Shown: positions 10,221 through 19,696, numbered from the stretch's first letter. The stretch is DNA of 64,000 nucleotides from Clostridiales bacterium GWD2_32_19 (GCA_001795385.1 MGOU01000007.1:673-64672), one strand, 5' to 3'. Numbers and translations: made by a program. The notes: generated by a model not told the origin, from the sequence alone.

Positions 10221-10769
10221 ATGAAAAAATTTATTTGTACTGTATGTGGGTATATACATGAAGGAGATATGGCACCGGATGTTTGTCCTCAATGTAAAGC
10301 AGCAAAAGAGAAATTTGAAGAAAAAATTGATACAGGAATAATAGAATTTGTTGATGAACATAAGGTAGGGATTGCAAAAGGACTTGATGAGAGAATAGTT
10401 GAAGGGTTAAGAGCTAATTTTATGGGAGAATGCTCAGAAGTAGGTATGTATCTTGCCATGAGTCGTCAAGCTGACAGAGAAGGCTATCCAGAAATAGCAG
10501 AAGCGTATAAAAGATATGCATTTGAAGAGGCTGATCATGCTGCTAAATTTGCAGAGCTTTTAGGAGAATTATTAACAGATAGCACAAAGAAAAATCTAGA
10601 AATGAGAGTGGACGCAGAACAAGGTGCATGTAAAGGTAAAAAGGAACTTGCGATTCTTGCAAAGGAATTAGGATATGATGCAGTTCACGATACAGTTCAT
10701 GAAATGTGCAAAGATGAAGCAAGACATGGTCAAGGATTTTATGGATTACTGACTAGATACTTTAAATAA
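10221..10769 (+). CDS. rbr: reverse rubrerythrin (NADH peroxidase)
   Basis: N-terminal CTVCGY...CPQC rubredoxin-like domain, then ferritin-like domain with EADH and DEARHG. Confidence 0.95.
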   Translation: MKKFICTVCGYIHEGDMAPDVCPQCKAAKEKFEEKIDTGIIEFVDEHKVGIAKGLDERIVEGLRANFMGECSEVGMYLAMSRQADREGYPEIAEAYKRYAFEEADHAAKFAELLGELLTDSTKKNLEMRVDAEQGACKGKKELAILAKELGYDAVHDTVHEMCKDEARHGQGFYGLLTRYFK

Positions 10770-10872
10770 GGGTTTCGTGTGCCAAAGGCGCATAAATACA
10801 AGGAAAAACACGAAACTTAACATTTTAATTATAACTAATTGGTTTTAATTATTTCTAATCGTTTTAAAAATT

Positions 10873-10894
10873 CCGTAGGCAAATGGTAGGCAAA
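10873..10894 (+). repeat. tandem 11-bp repeat GTAGGCAAATG (2 copies), recombinase arm-site-like
   Basis: ccgtaggcaaatggtaggcaaa; recurs at 12401. Confidence 0.8.
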
Positions 10895-11153
10895 AATCAT
10901 TTGAATACGGTTTTTTAATGTTTTCTGATAATTTTGTCGAGGGGAATAGGGTTAGGCCAAGAGGGATATGATGTTGAAGCGTTTTACTTGCAATTAAATC
11001 TATTTTGGTACAGATATATTTAAATTCAAAAAATTAACCCTTTTGTAACCATTTATAACCAAATTGTAATTACTTATTGTGGGAAATATGTTATAATCTG
11101 TTTAAAAGGAAAATACGTAAGATATTTTGTTATATTGAAAGGGGAGATTATAA

Positions 11154-12350
11154 ATGAAGAACAATTTAATTATACCAATGTTAGCAATAGGAGCATTAAT
11201 ATTTGTAGGTTGTGGAAAAAGCAGTACCAATGTGGAGAGTGTTAAACCAGATTCGGCTGTAGTACATGAAAAAAGTCAAGTTGACACTCAAAACATGGAT
11301 AATGTAGACTTAAATGCAACTGGAGCTAATGTGGCAGGTGAAAAATCAGATGAGACAGGTTCTAAAAACATTGAAACAACAGCTAAACTTCAAGAAAATA
11401 AAAGTATAGATGCAAAAAAGGAAGTAAAACCCGTCATTGCTACAAATACTAAAGTAAATCAGCAGAAAGAAGAGGCAGTAAAAGAAGAATATGAAAAAGT
11501 TCAAGTTTTTACGTCCATGTATACGAATAAGGAAATTACATTGATTAAATTAGGCAGTAAGTATGGTTTTGCGGATAGCACTGGAAAAAACATAACAGAA
11601 ATAAAATTTGATGAAGTTATACCTGCTGATCAAGCAGTGTATGGTTTGCAATTTGTAGTAAAACAGAATGATAGATACGGAGTAATAAATGAAAAAGGGG
11701 AAACAAATATACCTTGTAGTTATAATAGTTATAACAAAGTAGTGTTTAGCAATGGGAATGAGAATGTTGGTTTTACACAACATACAAAAATAGAACTACT
11801 AGATGCGAAGGGGAAAAAGATTAATCTGGATGGAACATCAGTGGATGAGTCAGTAAAAGCAATTGGTAACACTGATACAAGCAAAAAGGTATATGAAGAT
11901 AAGGTGTATTTGGCCAATCCAGATGGGGACCTATGGAAAGTTAAGTATCAGGGAAAATGGGGATGTGTTGATAAAGATGGAAAGGAAGTTGTACCAACAA
12001 ATTATGATGAGATTGTATGGGTTATCTACGGTGGAATTACGCAAGTGAAATTGTATGGAAAGTATGGTATTATAGATTTAAATGGAAATGAGATTGCACC
12101 GATAAAATATGACAAGATATATGTACAATCGTTTAAGGGAAGTATTATGGATATGGTAGGGGTGATTGACGGTAAATATGGTCCAATAGGTGGGGAATGC
12201 ACATATGTAGATGCAAAACTATACAATTTTAGTCCGATCGCGAGTAGAATAATACTATATGATGATAAAAAAGATGCTTTTTTTACTAGTGGAGGGAAAG
12301 TTGATTTTAGTACATATCCTAATGCTACATTTAGTGAACTTGGACAATAG
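11154..12350 (+). CDS. WG-repeat lipoprotein
   Basis: Lipobox IFVGC; low-complexity linker; repeats KYGFADSTG, RYGVINEKG, KWGCVDKDG, KYGIIDLNG. Confidence 0.88.
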   Translation: MKNNLIIPMLAIGALIFVGCGKSSTNVESVKPDSAVVHEKSQVDTQNMDNVDLNATGANVAGEKSDETGSKNIETTAKLQENKSIDAKKEVKPVIATNTKVNQQKEEAVKEEYEKVQVFTSMYTNKEITLIKLGSKYGFADSTGKNITEIKFDEVIPADQAVYGLQFVVKQNDRYGVINEKGETNIPCSYNSYNKVVFSNGNENVGFTQHTKIELLDAKGKKINLDGTSVDESVKAIGNTDTSKKVYEDKVYLANPDGDLWKVKYQGKWGCVDKDGKEVVPTNYDEIVWVIYGGITQVKLYGKYGIIDLNGNEIAPIKYDKIYVQSFKGSIMDMVGVIDGKYGPIGGECTYVDAKLYNFSPIASRIILYDDKKDAFFTSGGKVDFSTYPNATFSELGQ

Positions 12351-12379
12351 AAGTAAAAAAGAAAAGTGAATAAAAATGG

Positions 12380-12433
12380 TTTGCCTACAGGTGATATTCT
12401 CCGTAGGCAAATGGTAGGCAAATGGTAGGCAAA
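12380..12433 (+). repeat. tandem 11-bp repeat GTAGGCAAATG (3 copies) preceded by one inverted copy
   Basis: tttgcctac 12380-12388; gtaggcaaatg period at 12403, 12414, 12425. Confidence 0.85.
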
Positions 12434-12815
12434 TATCATCTTTCAGCGGTTTTTTGATGCTTTTTCACTTTTTTGACGACCAAAATCAAGGTCATCCTTA
12501 GAGGAATAAGGGATTGCGGGCTTGAGTTTTTGATATTTCTACACTTTTCAATTTAAGAGTGATAGGAGAATATTTAGTGTCAGTGTGGGTGCTTTAAATT
12601 TACTGGCAAAAATGTTGGGTTCAACTGGGGGGAGAGCGAGTTTTGCACCCATAAAAGTATAAAATTAGTTTTGTTAAATTAACAAAAAATAGATAGTAAG
12701 AAAAATACTTTCAAAAATATACAAAATAATATAAAATATATATAAGTAAAAATACTCAGTTTTATTATATTTTAAGATAAATGGAAAAGCAGATATCAAT
12801 GAATGGGGGGAGGAA

Positions 12816-13322
12816 ATGAACATACTAAAAGCCTTTTTGGTAAGATATTTAAGATACATAGTTTTTATTATTGCGTTAGTAGTATCTGTCATTACAAATA
12901 ACTATGCTTTTGTTTTAGTTGTAGTTATTGAAAGTATTGTAGCTAAAGTTATAGGTAAGATTAATATAAAGAAATTATTTTTAATGGATAGAAAAGAAGA
13001 GAGAAAATATGAAATATTTAAGAATATAATTGCAACTATAGCCATTATATCATTGCCGATATCGCTTTTTTTAAGTAGAGATATTGGAGCATTATTAATG
13101 GTACTAACCCAATTAACTATGAGTGCAATATTATTAGCTATGTGTGAGGCGATAATAAAATGGGGTATAAAGGCTGTATTAAAGCCAAATGAGAGTGTAG
13201 GTAAATTGGAACAATTTGCATTGGGAATTATTGTTACATTTTTCTTGATTTTTGCCGTGGCGCTTTTCATGCAGGGCAATGATTTAACATGGGAAATAGC
13301 AATAAAAGCTTTAAAAAATTAG
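12816..13322 (+). CDS. hypothetical integral membrane protein
   Basis: GGAGG RBS; about 4-5 hydrophobic segments. Confidence 0.75.
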   Translation: MNILKAFLVRYLRYIVFIIALVVSVITNNYAFVLVVVIESIVAKVIGKINIKKLFLMDRKEERKYEIFKNIIATIAIISLPISLFLSRDIGALLMVLTQLTMSAILLAMCEAIIKWGIKAVLKPNESVGKLEQFALGIIVTFFLIFAVALFMQGNDLTWEIAIKALKN

Positions 13323-13422
13323 TTGGGTAAAATAATTCAAGCAAGGATATTATTTGAACATAAGTATTCAGATAATTACAATGTTTAGATAAATTGCAGG
13401 CAAGATATAGGAGGAGAAAATT

Positions 13423-14106
13423 ATGAAAAGAACAATCGTATTAGTTACATTTTCAATATGCATGGTACTCATTTTTCTTTCAGGATGTAACAGTAGTAAA
13501 AAAGTAGGTAATGAAGTTTTAGAAATTTCAAAGACAAAAATTAGTGATGAGGAATACACTGAAAAGGCAATGGAGCATAATTTAAATGTAAAAATGATAG
13601 AAAGAGCAGTCATGAACTATGAATTGGAAACGGATACAATACCTAATCACCCAAATTTTGATGAAATGAAAGCATTGGTTGAAGGGGGATATATTCAGGA
13701 AATTCCCACAAATCCATTAGGAACAGGTGAATACAGAATAGAAAGAACGAAAGAAGGTATTCCTATGCCTATAGTGACACCTACATATGTAAAATTGAAA
13801 CTTGAAAATAAAGAGGATGTAGACTATAAAAATATGAATGAGAAGACTAAAAAAACTATTCATAATGAGAATGTGGGTAAGATTACAGATGCGATGATGA
13901 AATATGAATTTACAAATGGACAACCTACTGATCTAAACTTTGATGAAATTAAGGATTTAGTTAGTAAGGGATATTTAGATGAAATACCTGTAAATCCTTT
14001 AGAAACTGGCGAATATAAAATAATAAGAGATGAAAAGGGTACTTCGATAGTCACTCCAGGAAGAGTGGAGGTTACCTTGCCGCTCGACAGGACAAAAAGC
14101 AATTAG
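13423..14106 (+). CDS. lipoprotein with two tandem pilin/pseudopilin-head-like repeats
   Basis: Lipobox FLSGC; HNxNVxxIxxAxMxYE...LVxxGYxxEIPxNPLxTGEYxI occurs twice. Confidence 0.78.
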   Translation: MKRTIVLVTFSICMVLIFLSGCNSSKKVGNEVLEISKTKISDEEYTEKAMEHNLNVKMIERAVMNYELETDTIPNHPNFDEMKALVEGGYIQEIPTNPLGTGEYRIERTKEGIPMPIVTPTYVKLKLENKEDVDYKNMNEKTKKTIHNENVGKITDAMMKYEFTNGQPTDLNFDEIKDLVSKGYLDEIPVNPLETGEYKIIRDEKGTSIVTPGRVEVTLPLDRTKSN

Positions 14107-14277
14107 AGTAATAATCACTATTTAGAAAATAATAGTCACAAGTCTAGTAAAAAAAGTGGAAATAATACAAACTTTTTGCACGAACAAGAGTCTGAAGAGT
14201 TTAATGAAGAGATAAGAGTATTTGAAGAGATAATTATATCTTTGATGTCTGATGTGTACATAGGAAACAGATCATGG

Positions 14278-14313
14278 GGTCTTTATGGATTACTTAAAAG
14301 ATATTTTAAGTAA
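14278..14313 (+). pseudogene. second copy of the rubrerythrin 3' end (GLYGLLKRYFK*)
   Basis: Codon-aligned match to 10734-10769 ([11 protein letters not shown]). Confidence 0.8.
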
Positions 14314-14358
14314 AGATTTAAAATATTATTAGACAAGGTGCTTGTATATAAGGGAAAT

Positions 14359-14408
14359 ATAAAAAAGATTTGAAAGTAATTTAGAATACTTTTAAGTCTT
14401 TTTTTATT
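14359..14408 (+). terminator. intrinsic terminator-like hairpin after the duplicated rbr end
   Basis: aaaaaagatttgaaagta...tacttttaagtctttttt plus T tract. Confidence 0.6.
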
Positions 14409-14530
14409 TTTGGAATTTTTCTAATTAATATTTAATAAAATTAATCATAATGAAATATTTAAAACGAACTTATGTTATGGATTCGATAAAGGTAACCGGT
14501 AACTAATTTATATTGAAAGGTAGTGACATT

Positions 14531-15583
14531 ATGTATAAAACATATTCGTATATTTTAAGTGAAAATGTATCTGGATACGGAAAAGGGAACAGAAAACCGA
14601 GTGGATATTGTAAGATTAGGTGTTTAGATGATAAGAATATGGTGGATGTGAATATTAGAAATATAGACACAGATAGAAACAAGTATAATTGCTATCTAAT
14701 ATATTTTAAAGACAAGTATTATGGAGTAAATATAGGAGAAGCAACCGTATTAGGAGAAAATAGCATCACTCTAAAAAAAGATATACAAGCACGAGGCAAG
14801 ATGAATAATTGTGACCTAAAGGGATTTGCAATAACTTGTGAGTTAGAGGATAATAAAGCTATATTATATGGATACAATGATGAGTCAGACCTTTGGGACG
14901 GTCATTTCATGAAAGATGAGGAATTAGAAGAAGAGAAGGTTCATGAAAAGGAAGATATAAAAGAAGATATAAAAGAAGGAATAAAAGAAGAAATGGAATA
15001 TGAGATGAAGGAAGAACCAAAAGAGGAAATGAAAGAAGAAAAAGAATATGAGACGGAGGAAGAACCAAAAGAGGAAATGAAAGAAGAAAAAGAATATGAG
15101 ACGGAGGAAGAACCAAAAGAGGAAATGAAAGAAGAAATAGAATATGAGACGGAGCAAGAACCGAAAGCGGAAATGAAAAAAGAAATAAAATATGAGACGG
15201 AGGAAGAACCGAAAGAGGAAATGAAAGAAGAAATGGAATATGAGACGGAGGAAAAAATGCAAGAAAGTACACACGATAAAAATATGGATGAGGCGGTGGA
15301 AACAATAGATATAAGTAAAATACCTTTCAACGAGAATCTATACAAAAAAATAAATATTGATGATCTTATACATATGGATAGATTTAGTTGGGCTATTTTT
15401 AATAATATTTTCTTATATATTAGTTATAAAAAATATGGGTTTGTTTTTTACAAGCAAGACCTACAAAAGTGCATTTTAGCAATACCAGTTGAAGAAAAGT
15501 ATATAAAAAATGTAAAGGATAGGCACCAATACATAGAAGCTTACGGTAAAGAATATGAAGGATATATAATGTTAAAGTGGTAG
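14531..15583 (+). CDS. DUF6128-like protein with central Glu-rich tandem repeats
   Basis: N-terminal beta-rich domain, EYETEEEPKEEMKEEx repeats, C-terminal NNIFLY...YG region. Confidence 0.65.
   Translation: MYKTYSYILSENVSGYGKGNRKPSGYCKIRCLDDKNMVDVNIRNIDTDRNKYNCYLIYFKDKYYGVNIGEATVLGENSITLKKDIQARGKMNNCDLKGFAITCELEDNKAILYGYNDESDLWDGHFMKDEELEEEKVHEKEDIKEDIKEGIKEEMEYEMKEEPKEEMKEEKEYETEEEPKEEMKEEKEYETEEEPKEEMKEEIEYETEQEPKAEMKKEIKYETEEEPKEEMKEEMEYETEEKMQESTHDKNMDEAVETIDISKIPFNENLYKKINIDDLIHMDRFSWAIFNNIFLYISYKKYGFVFYKQDLQKCILAIPVEEKYIKNVKDRHQYIEAYGKEYEGYIMLKW
14996..15253 (+). repeat. 48-bp coding tandem repeat, about 5.4 copies
   Basis: Unit gaatatgagacggaggaagaaccaaaagaggaaatgaaagaagaaaaa starting at 14996, 15044, 15092, 15140, 15188, 15236. 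Confidence 0.93.
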
Positions 15584-15640
15584 AATAAAAAAGCAACTCT
15601 GCACTCAATTTTATTTTGAGTACAGGGTTGCTTTTTTATT
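15584..15640 (+). terminator. intrinsic terminator (bidirectional shape)
   Basis: aataaaaaagcaactctgcactcaa / ttgagtacagggttgcttttttatt. Confidence 0.8.
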
Positions 15641-15727
15641 GTAATTAGAGTAAAATAAGAAATATAAATAAAGTGGTATATTGTGGTAAGATTTTGAAAT
15701 AGAATTGTGATACTGAGGGGGATAGAC

Positions 15728-16378
15728 ATGATAGCATTAACAACATGGGAGTTTGTAAGAAGAATAATATTTGCAATTTTGCTAGGAGGATTAATAGGTT
15801 TAGAAAGAGAAAAAGGTAATCGTCCGGCGGGTATTAGGACATATGCGTTGGTTACCACAGGCTCTTGTCTTGCTATGCTTATAGGAATATATACAGCAAC
15901 AGGAATAAATGTAGATCCAACAAGAATAGGTGCACAAGTTATAAGTGGTATAGGTTTCTTAGGCGCAGGAACTATAATGCGATATGGAAATAATATAGTA
16001 GGATTAACAACTGCAGCTGGTCTCTGGGTTATGGCATGTATTGGTCTTGCGATTGGTGCAGGAATGTATGAAATTGCTATTATTACTACATTATTAATAT
16101 TTGCTATACTAATATATATACCTTATATAGAAAGACTCTTTTTTGGAAAGAGAATTCTATTTCATGTATCAATACAAATATCTGAAGAGACAAATTCCAT
16201 GGAGATTATAACACAAATTATAAAAGACCATGATTTGGACATAAAATCAATAGATATAAATCTTGATAAACGTAAGAATAAGATAATCACATTAAGTTTG
16301 CAAGCAAACAGCGAAATAGTAAAAATAGAATTTCTTGAAAAAATAAAAGATATTGTAAGCATAGAAAGTGTAGAATGA
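15728..16378 (+). CDS. MgtC/SapB family membrane protein
   Basis: GLEREKGNRPAGIRT, DPTRIGAQVISGIGFLGAG, GLTTAA. Confidence 0.95.
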   Translation: MIALTTWEFVRRIIFAILLGGLIGLEREKGNRPAGIRTYALVTTGSCLAMLIGIYTATGINVDPTRIGAQVISGIGFLGAGTIMRYGNNIVGLTTAAGLWVMACIGLAIGAGMYEIAIITTLLIFAILIYIPYIERLFFGKRILFHVSIQISEETNSMEIITQIIKDHDLDIKSIDINLDKRKNKIITLSLQANSEIVKIEFLEKIKDIVSIESVE

Positions 16379-16403
16379 TTATAAAAACCGGAGGTTTTAA
16401 AGT

Positions 16404-19073
16404 ATGAGTAAGGTTTTACTTATAGATGGAAATAGTATTTTAAATAGAGCATTTTACGCGATACCGCTTTTGACTAATTCTGAGGGATTGTATACAAATG
16501 CAATATATGGGTTTATGAATATACTACTAAAACTCTTGGATGAGGACAAGCCTGAGTATATCGGGGTTGCTTTTGATTTAAAGGCTCCTACATTTAGGCA
16601 TAAGCATTATTCAGAGTATAAAGGCAATAGAAAAACTATGCCTGATGAACTGAGAGTGCAGATGCCTGTAATAAAAGAGCTTTTATGCAAAATGAATATT
16701 AGTACTTTTGAAATGGAAGGATATGAAGCGGACGATATACTTGGTACACTTGCAAAACGATACGAAAAGAACGGTATGGATGTTAGCCTTGTATCTGGGG
16801 ACAGGGATATGCTTCAAGTAGCGACTGATATGATAAAGATAAGAATACCTAAGACTATTAAAGGGAAAACAGAGACTGAGGATTATTATGCAAAGGATGT
16901 GCTAGAGAAGTATCAAGTAACACCTATAGAATTTATAGATTTAAAAGCACTTATGGGGGACAGTTCAGATAATATACCAGGGGTACCAGGAATAGGGGAA
17001 AAGACTGCTACAAAGATAATAAGCGAATATAAATCAATAGAAAATGCAATAGAAAAACTTGATCAGATTACTCCAAAGGGTGTAGCAGAAAAAATAAGAA
17101 ACAACACAAAGTTGGCTATTATGAGTAAGTTTCTAGCAACTATTTGTTTGGATGTTCCGGTGACTAATGAAGCTTGCAAAATCTCAGATATGCTAAATGA
17201 TGAGAGTATTAACATGCTAAAAAAATTAGAGTTTCGATCAGTAATTGAAAAATTATCAAAGGGAAAATTACAAGTAGTTGGGGAAATAAAAAAAGATGAG
17301 AAAACGAGTGTAGTTACAATTATTGATTCAGAGGCGGTTTTTGAAAAGCTGACTTCCAAATTGCAAAAGCAAAAGCAATTTGCATTTAAGATATTAGAAG
17401 AAAATGGTCAAATACTAGGTATTGCAGCATGCTTTAAGAACGATGAGTGCTATTTGGTAAAACAAAACAATGGTTTTGATATACAACAAATGCTTAATAT
17501 ATTTAGTGGATTATTAGAAGATGATTCAGTTATAAAAATAGGACATGATATAAAAAGAGACATGAAAATCTTGAAGAGTTATGGATTTGGTAAAATAAAT
17601 AATTTTGAGGACCTAATGGTTGCACATTATCTTCTAAATCCCACAAGAGAGAAGTATGACTATAATGACATCGCAAGTGAATTTTTAAAAGAATATTTAG
17701 ATTCACGTGAAGAAGTCTTTGGTAAAGGCAAGAGTAAAAAAAGTATATTTGAGGTAGATGAGTTGACTCTAAACAAATATATTAGTGACTATATGACTAC
17801 TTTGATAAATGCAATTGAAGTGATAAAACAAAAAATAGGTAATGACATACAAAAAGAACTTTTATATACGATAGAATATCCATTGGTAGAAGTGCTAGCT
17901 GATATGGAGTTTTCAGGTATAAAGATTAATAGAGAATATTTAAGTGAATATTCAAATAAAATTAATAAAATGGTAGATACATTAGAAGAAACGATATATA
18001 ATCATGCAGGTACGAAGTTTAACATAAATTCGCCTAAACAAATGGGTGAGATTTTATTTGAGAGACTTGGATTACCCGTAGGTAAGAAGACAAAGACGGG
18101 TTATTCGACTAATGTAGATGTGCTTGAAAAACTAAAACACCAGCATGAAATTGTATGGAATATAATTGAATACAGGCATCTAAGCAAGCTGAAAACCACA
18201 TACGCAGATGGATTGGTAGATTATATAGATAAAAAGACAGATAAAATACACACAACATTTAACCAAACAGTTACTGCAACAGGAAGACTAAGTAGTACAG
18301 ATCCAAATCTACAAAATATACCGATAAGACTTGAAATTGGAAAGGAAATAAGAAAGATTTTTGTTCCGAGTTCTGAAGAGTATGTATTTATAGATGCTGA
18401 CTATTCTCAAATAGAGCTTAGGTTACTTGCACATATATCAAGTGATGAGACATTAATAAATGCATACAAAAACAACCAAGATATTCACAGACTAACAGCT
18501 TCACAAGTATTAGGGATACCTTTTGATGAAGTAACAAAAGAACAAAGAAGCAGCGCAAAAGCAGTAAACTTTGGTATAGTGTACGGGATAAGTGCATTTA
18601 GTTTAAGTCAAGATATAAATGTGTCGCCAAAGGAAGCAGAAAAATATATAAAAGGCTATTTTGATAAATATCCAAGGGTTAAGGAATATTTAAAAGAAGT
18701 GGTAATAAAAGCTAAAGAAGATGGCTATGTAGAAACTATTTTTGGTAGAAGACGTGAAATACCAGAACTTAACGCATCTAACTTTATGCAAAGGGCTTTT
18801 GGAGAAAGAGTCGCGATGAATACACCACTCCAAGGAACAGCAGCAGATATCATAAAAATAGCAATGATAAAAGTATATGAAGAATTGAAAACAAAAAAAA
18901 TGAAATCAAGATTGCTTTTGCAAGTACATGACGAACTATTAGTAGAGGCACACAAAACAGAGATTGAAGAAGTAAAAGATATAATTAAAAGAAACATGGA
19001 AAGCGCAGCGACATTGTTAGTCCCACTTGTGGTCGATATAAACATAGGAGATAACTGGCTAGAAGCACATTGA
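16404..19073 (+). CDS. polA: DNA polymerase I
   Basis: LLIDGNS, DSSDNIPGV, TGRLSSTDPNLQNIP, DYSQIELR, LQVHDEL. Confidence 0.99.
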   Translation: MSKVLLIDGNSILNRAFYAIPLLTNSEGLYTNAIYGFMNILLKLLDEDKPEYIGVAFDLKAPTFRHKHYSEYKGNRKTMPDELRVQMPVIKELLCKMNISTFEMEGYEADDILGTLAKRYEKNGMDVSLVSGDRDMLQVATDMIKIRIPKTIKGKTETEDYYAKDVLEKYQVTPIEFIDLKALMGDSSDNIPGVPGIGEKTATKIISEYKSIENAIEKLDQITPKGVAEKIRNNTKLAIMSKFLATICLDVPVTNEACKISDMLNDESINMLKKLEFRSVIEKLSKGKLQVVGEIKKDEKTSVVTIIDSEAVFEKLTSKLQKQKQFAFKILEENGQILGIAACFKNDECYLVKQNNGFDIQQMLNIFSGLLEDDSVIKIGHDIKRDMKILKSYGFGKINNFEDLMVAHYLLNPTREKYDYNDIASEFLKEYLDSREEVFGKGKSKKSIFEVDELTLNKYISDYMTTLINAIEVIKQKIGNDIQKELLYTIEYPLVEVLADMEFSGIKINREYLSEYSNKINKMVDTLEETIYNHAGTKFNINSPKQMGEILFERLGLPVGKKTKTGYSTNVDVLEKLKHQHEIVWNIIEYRHLSKLKTTYADGLVDYIDKKTDKIHTTFNQTVTATGRLSSTDPNLQNIPIRLEIGKEIRKIFVPSSEEYVFIDADYSQIELRLLAHISSDETLINAYKNNQDIHRLTASQVLGIPFDEVTKEQRSSAKAVNFGIVYGISAFSLSQDINVSPKEAEKYIKGYFDKYPRVKEYLKEVVIKAKEDGYVETIFGRRREIPELNASNFMQRAFGERVAMNTPLQGTAADIIKIAMIKVYEELKTKKMKSRLLLQVHDELLVEAHKTEIEEVKDIIKRNMESAATLLVPLVVDINIGDNWLEAH

Positions 19074-19131
19074 CTCACACACCTAACCCCTTATTAGAGA
19101 GGGGATAGGTGTGTGTAGGAGGTACACAGAT

Positions 19132-19671
19132 ATGAAAAAGATTAAAAAATTATTCAAATTCGTAATAATTTTATTCATACTGATAAGTATATGTATAAAT
19201 ATACTATACTTTTTGTACCCTAATAAGTATAAAGATCAAGTTTTGAAATATGCTAAGGAATATGAAGTTCAACCAAGCTTAATATATGCTATTATAAAAA
19301 CAGAAAGCAACTTCAATAACGAAGCAAGATCTCATAAAGATGCCTTGGGTCTTATGCAAATTAAAGATACTACAGGAGAGTGGCTTGCTAAAAGATTGTT
19401 TATTAGAGATTACACTATAGAAAAGCTATATGATCCAGATACAAATATAAAGATAGGTACATGGTATATAAAAAGTCTAATGACGAAATATAATGATGTA
19501 GACACAGCAGTAGCATCTTATAATGCTGGAAGCGGGAATATGGATAAATGGTTACAAGATGGGGAGTACAGCGAAGATGGTCTTACAATAAAAAATATTC
19601 CATTCCCGGAAACAGAGAAATATGTAAAAAAAGTTAAAATAAATAAAATAATATATCAAATTTTATATTGA
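19132..19671 (+). CDS. SLT-domain lytic transglycosylase
   Basis: AIIKTESNF, GLMQI, ASYNAG, IPFPET; N-terminal anchor. Confidence 0.93.
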   Translation: MKKIKKLFKFVIILFILISICINILYFLYPNKYKDQVLKYAKEYEVQPSLIYAIIKTESNFNNEARSHKDALGLMQIKDTTGEWLAKRLFIRDYTIEKLYDPDTNIKIGTWYIKSLMTKYNDVDTAVASYNAGSGNMDKWLQDGEYSEDGLTIKNIPFPETEKYVKKVKINKIIYQILY

Positions 19672-19696
19672 CAACTATGTAATAAAATAGTAAAAT
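19668..19696 (+). promoter_or_regulatory. sigma-A promoter of the substrate-binding protein gene
   Basis: TTGACA-17-TAAAAT. Confidence 0.55.

Larger units (their letters stand above)
10738..14294. mobile_element. integrase-less genomic island inserted in the rubrerythrin 3' end
   Basis: 13-bp direct repeat TTTATGGATTACT at 10738-10750 and 14282-14294, each continuing as a rubrerythrin C-terminus (YGLLTRYFK* / YGLLKRYFK*); internal 11-bp tandem repeats; accessory genes only. Confidence 0.72.

Noticed and set aside
10873-12433. GGCAAA motifs as c-di-GMP-I riboswitches
   Set aside because: No GAAA-tetraloop stem or downstream GCAAA receptor element; the pattern is a simple 11-bp tandem repeat.
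14476-14484. Third att core (TTATGGATT)
   Set aside because: Only 9 bp in AT-rich DNA and not followed by an rbr-like C-terminus.
14996-15253. 48-bp repeats as a CRISPR array
   Set aside because: Units are contiguous, in frame and lack unique spacers; no cas genes.
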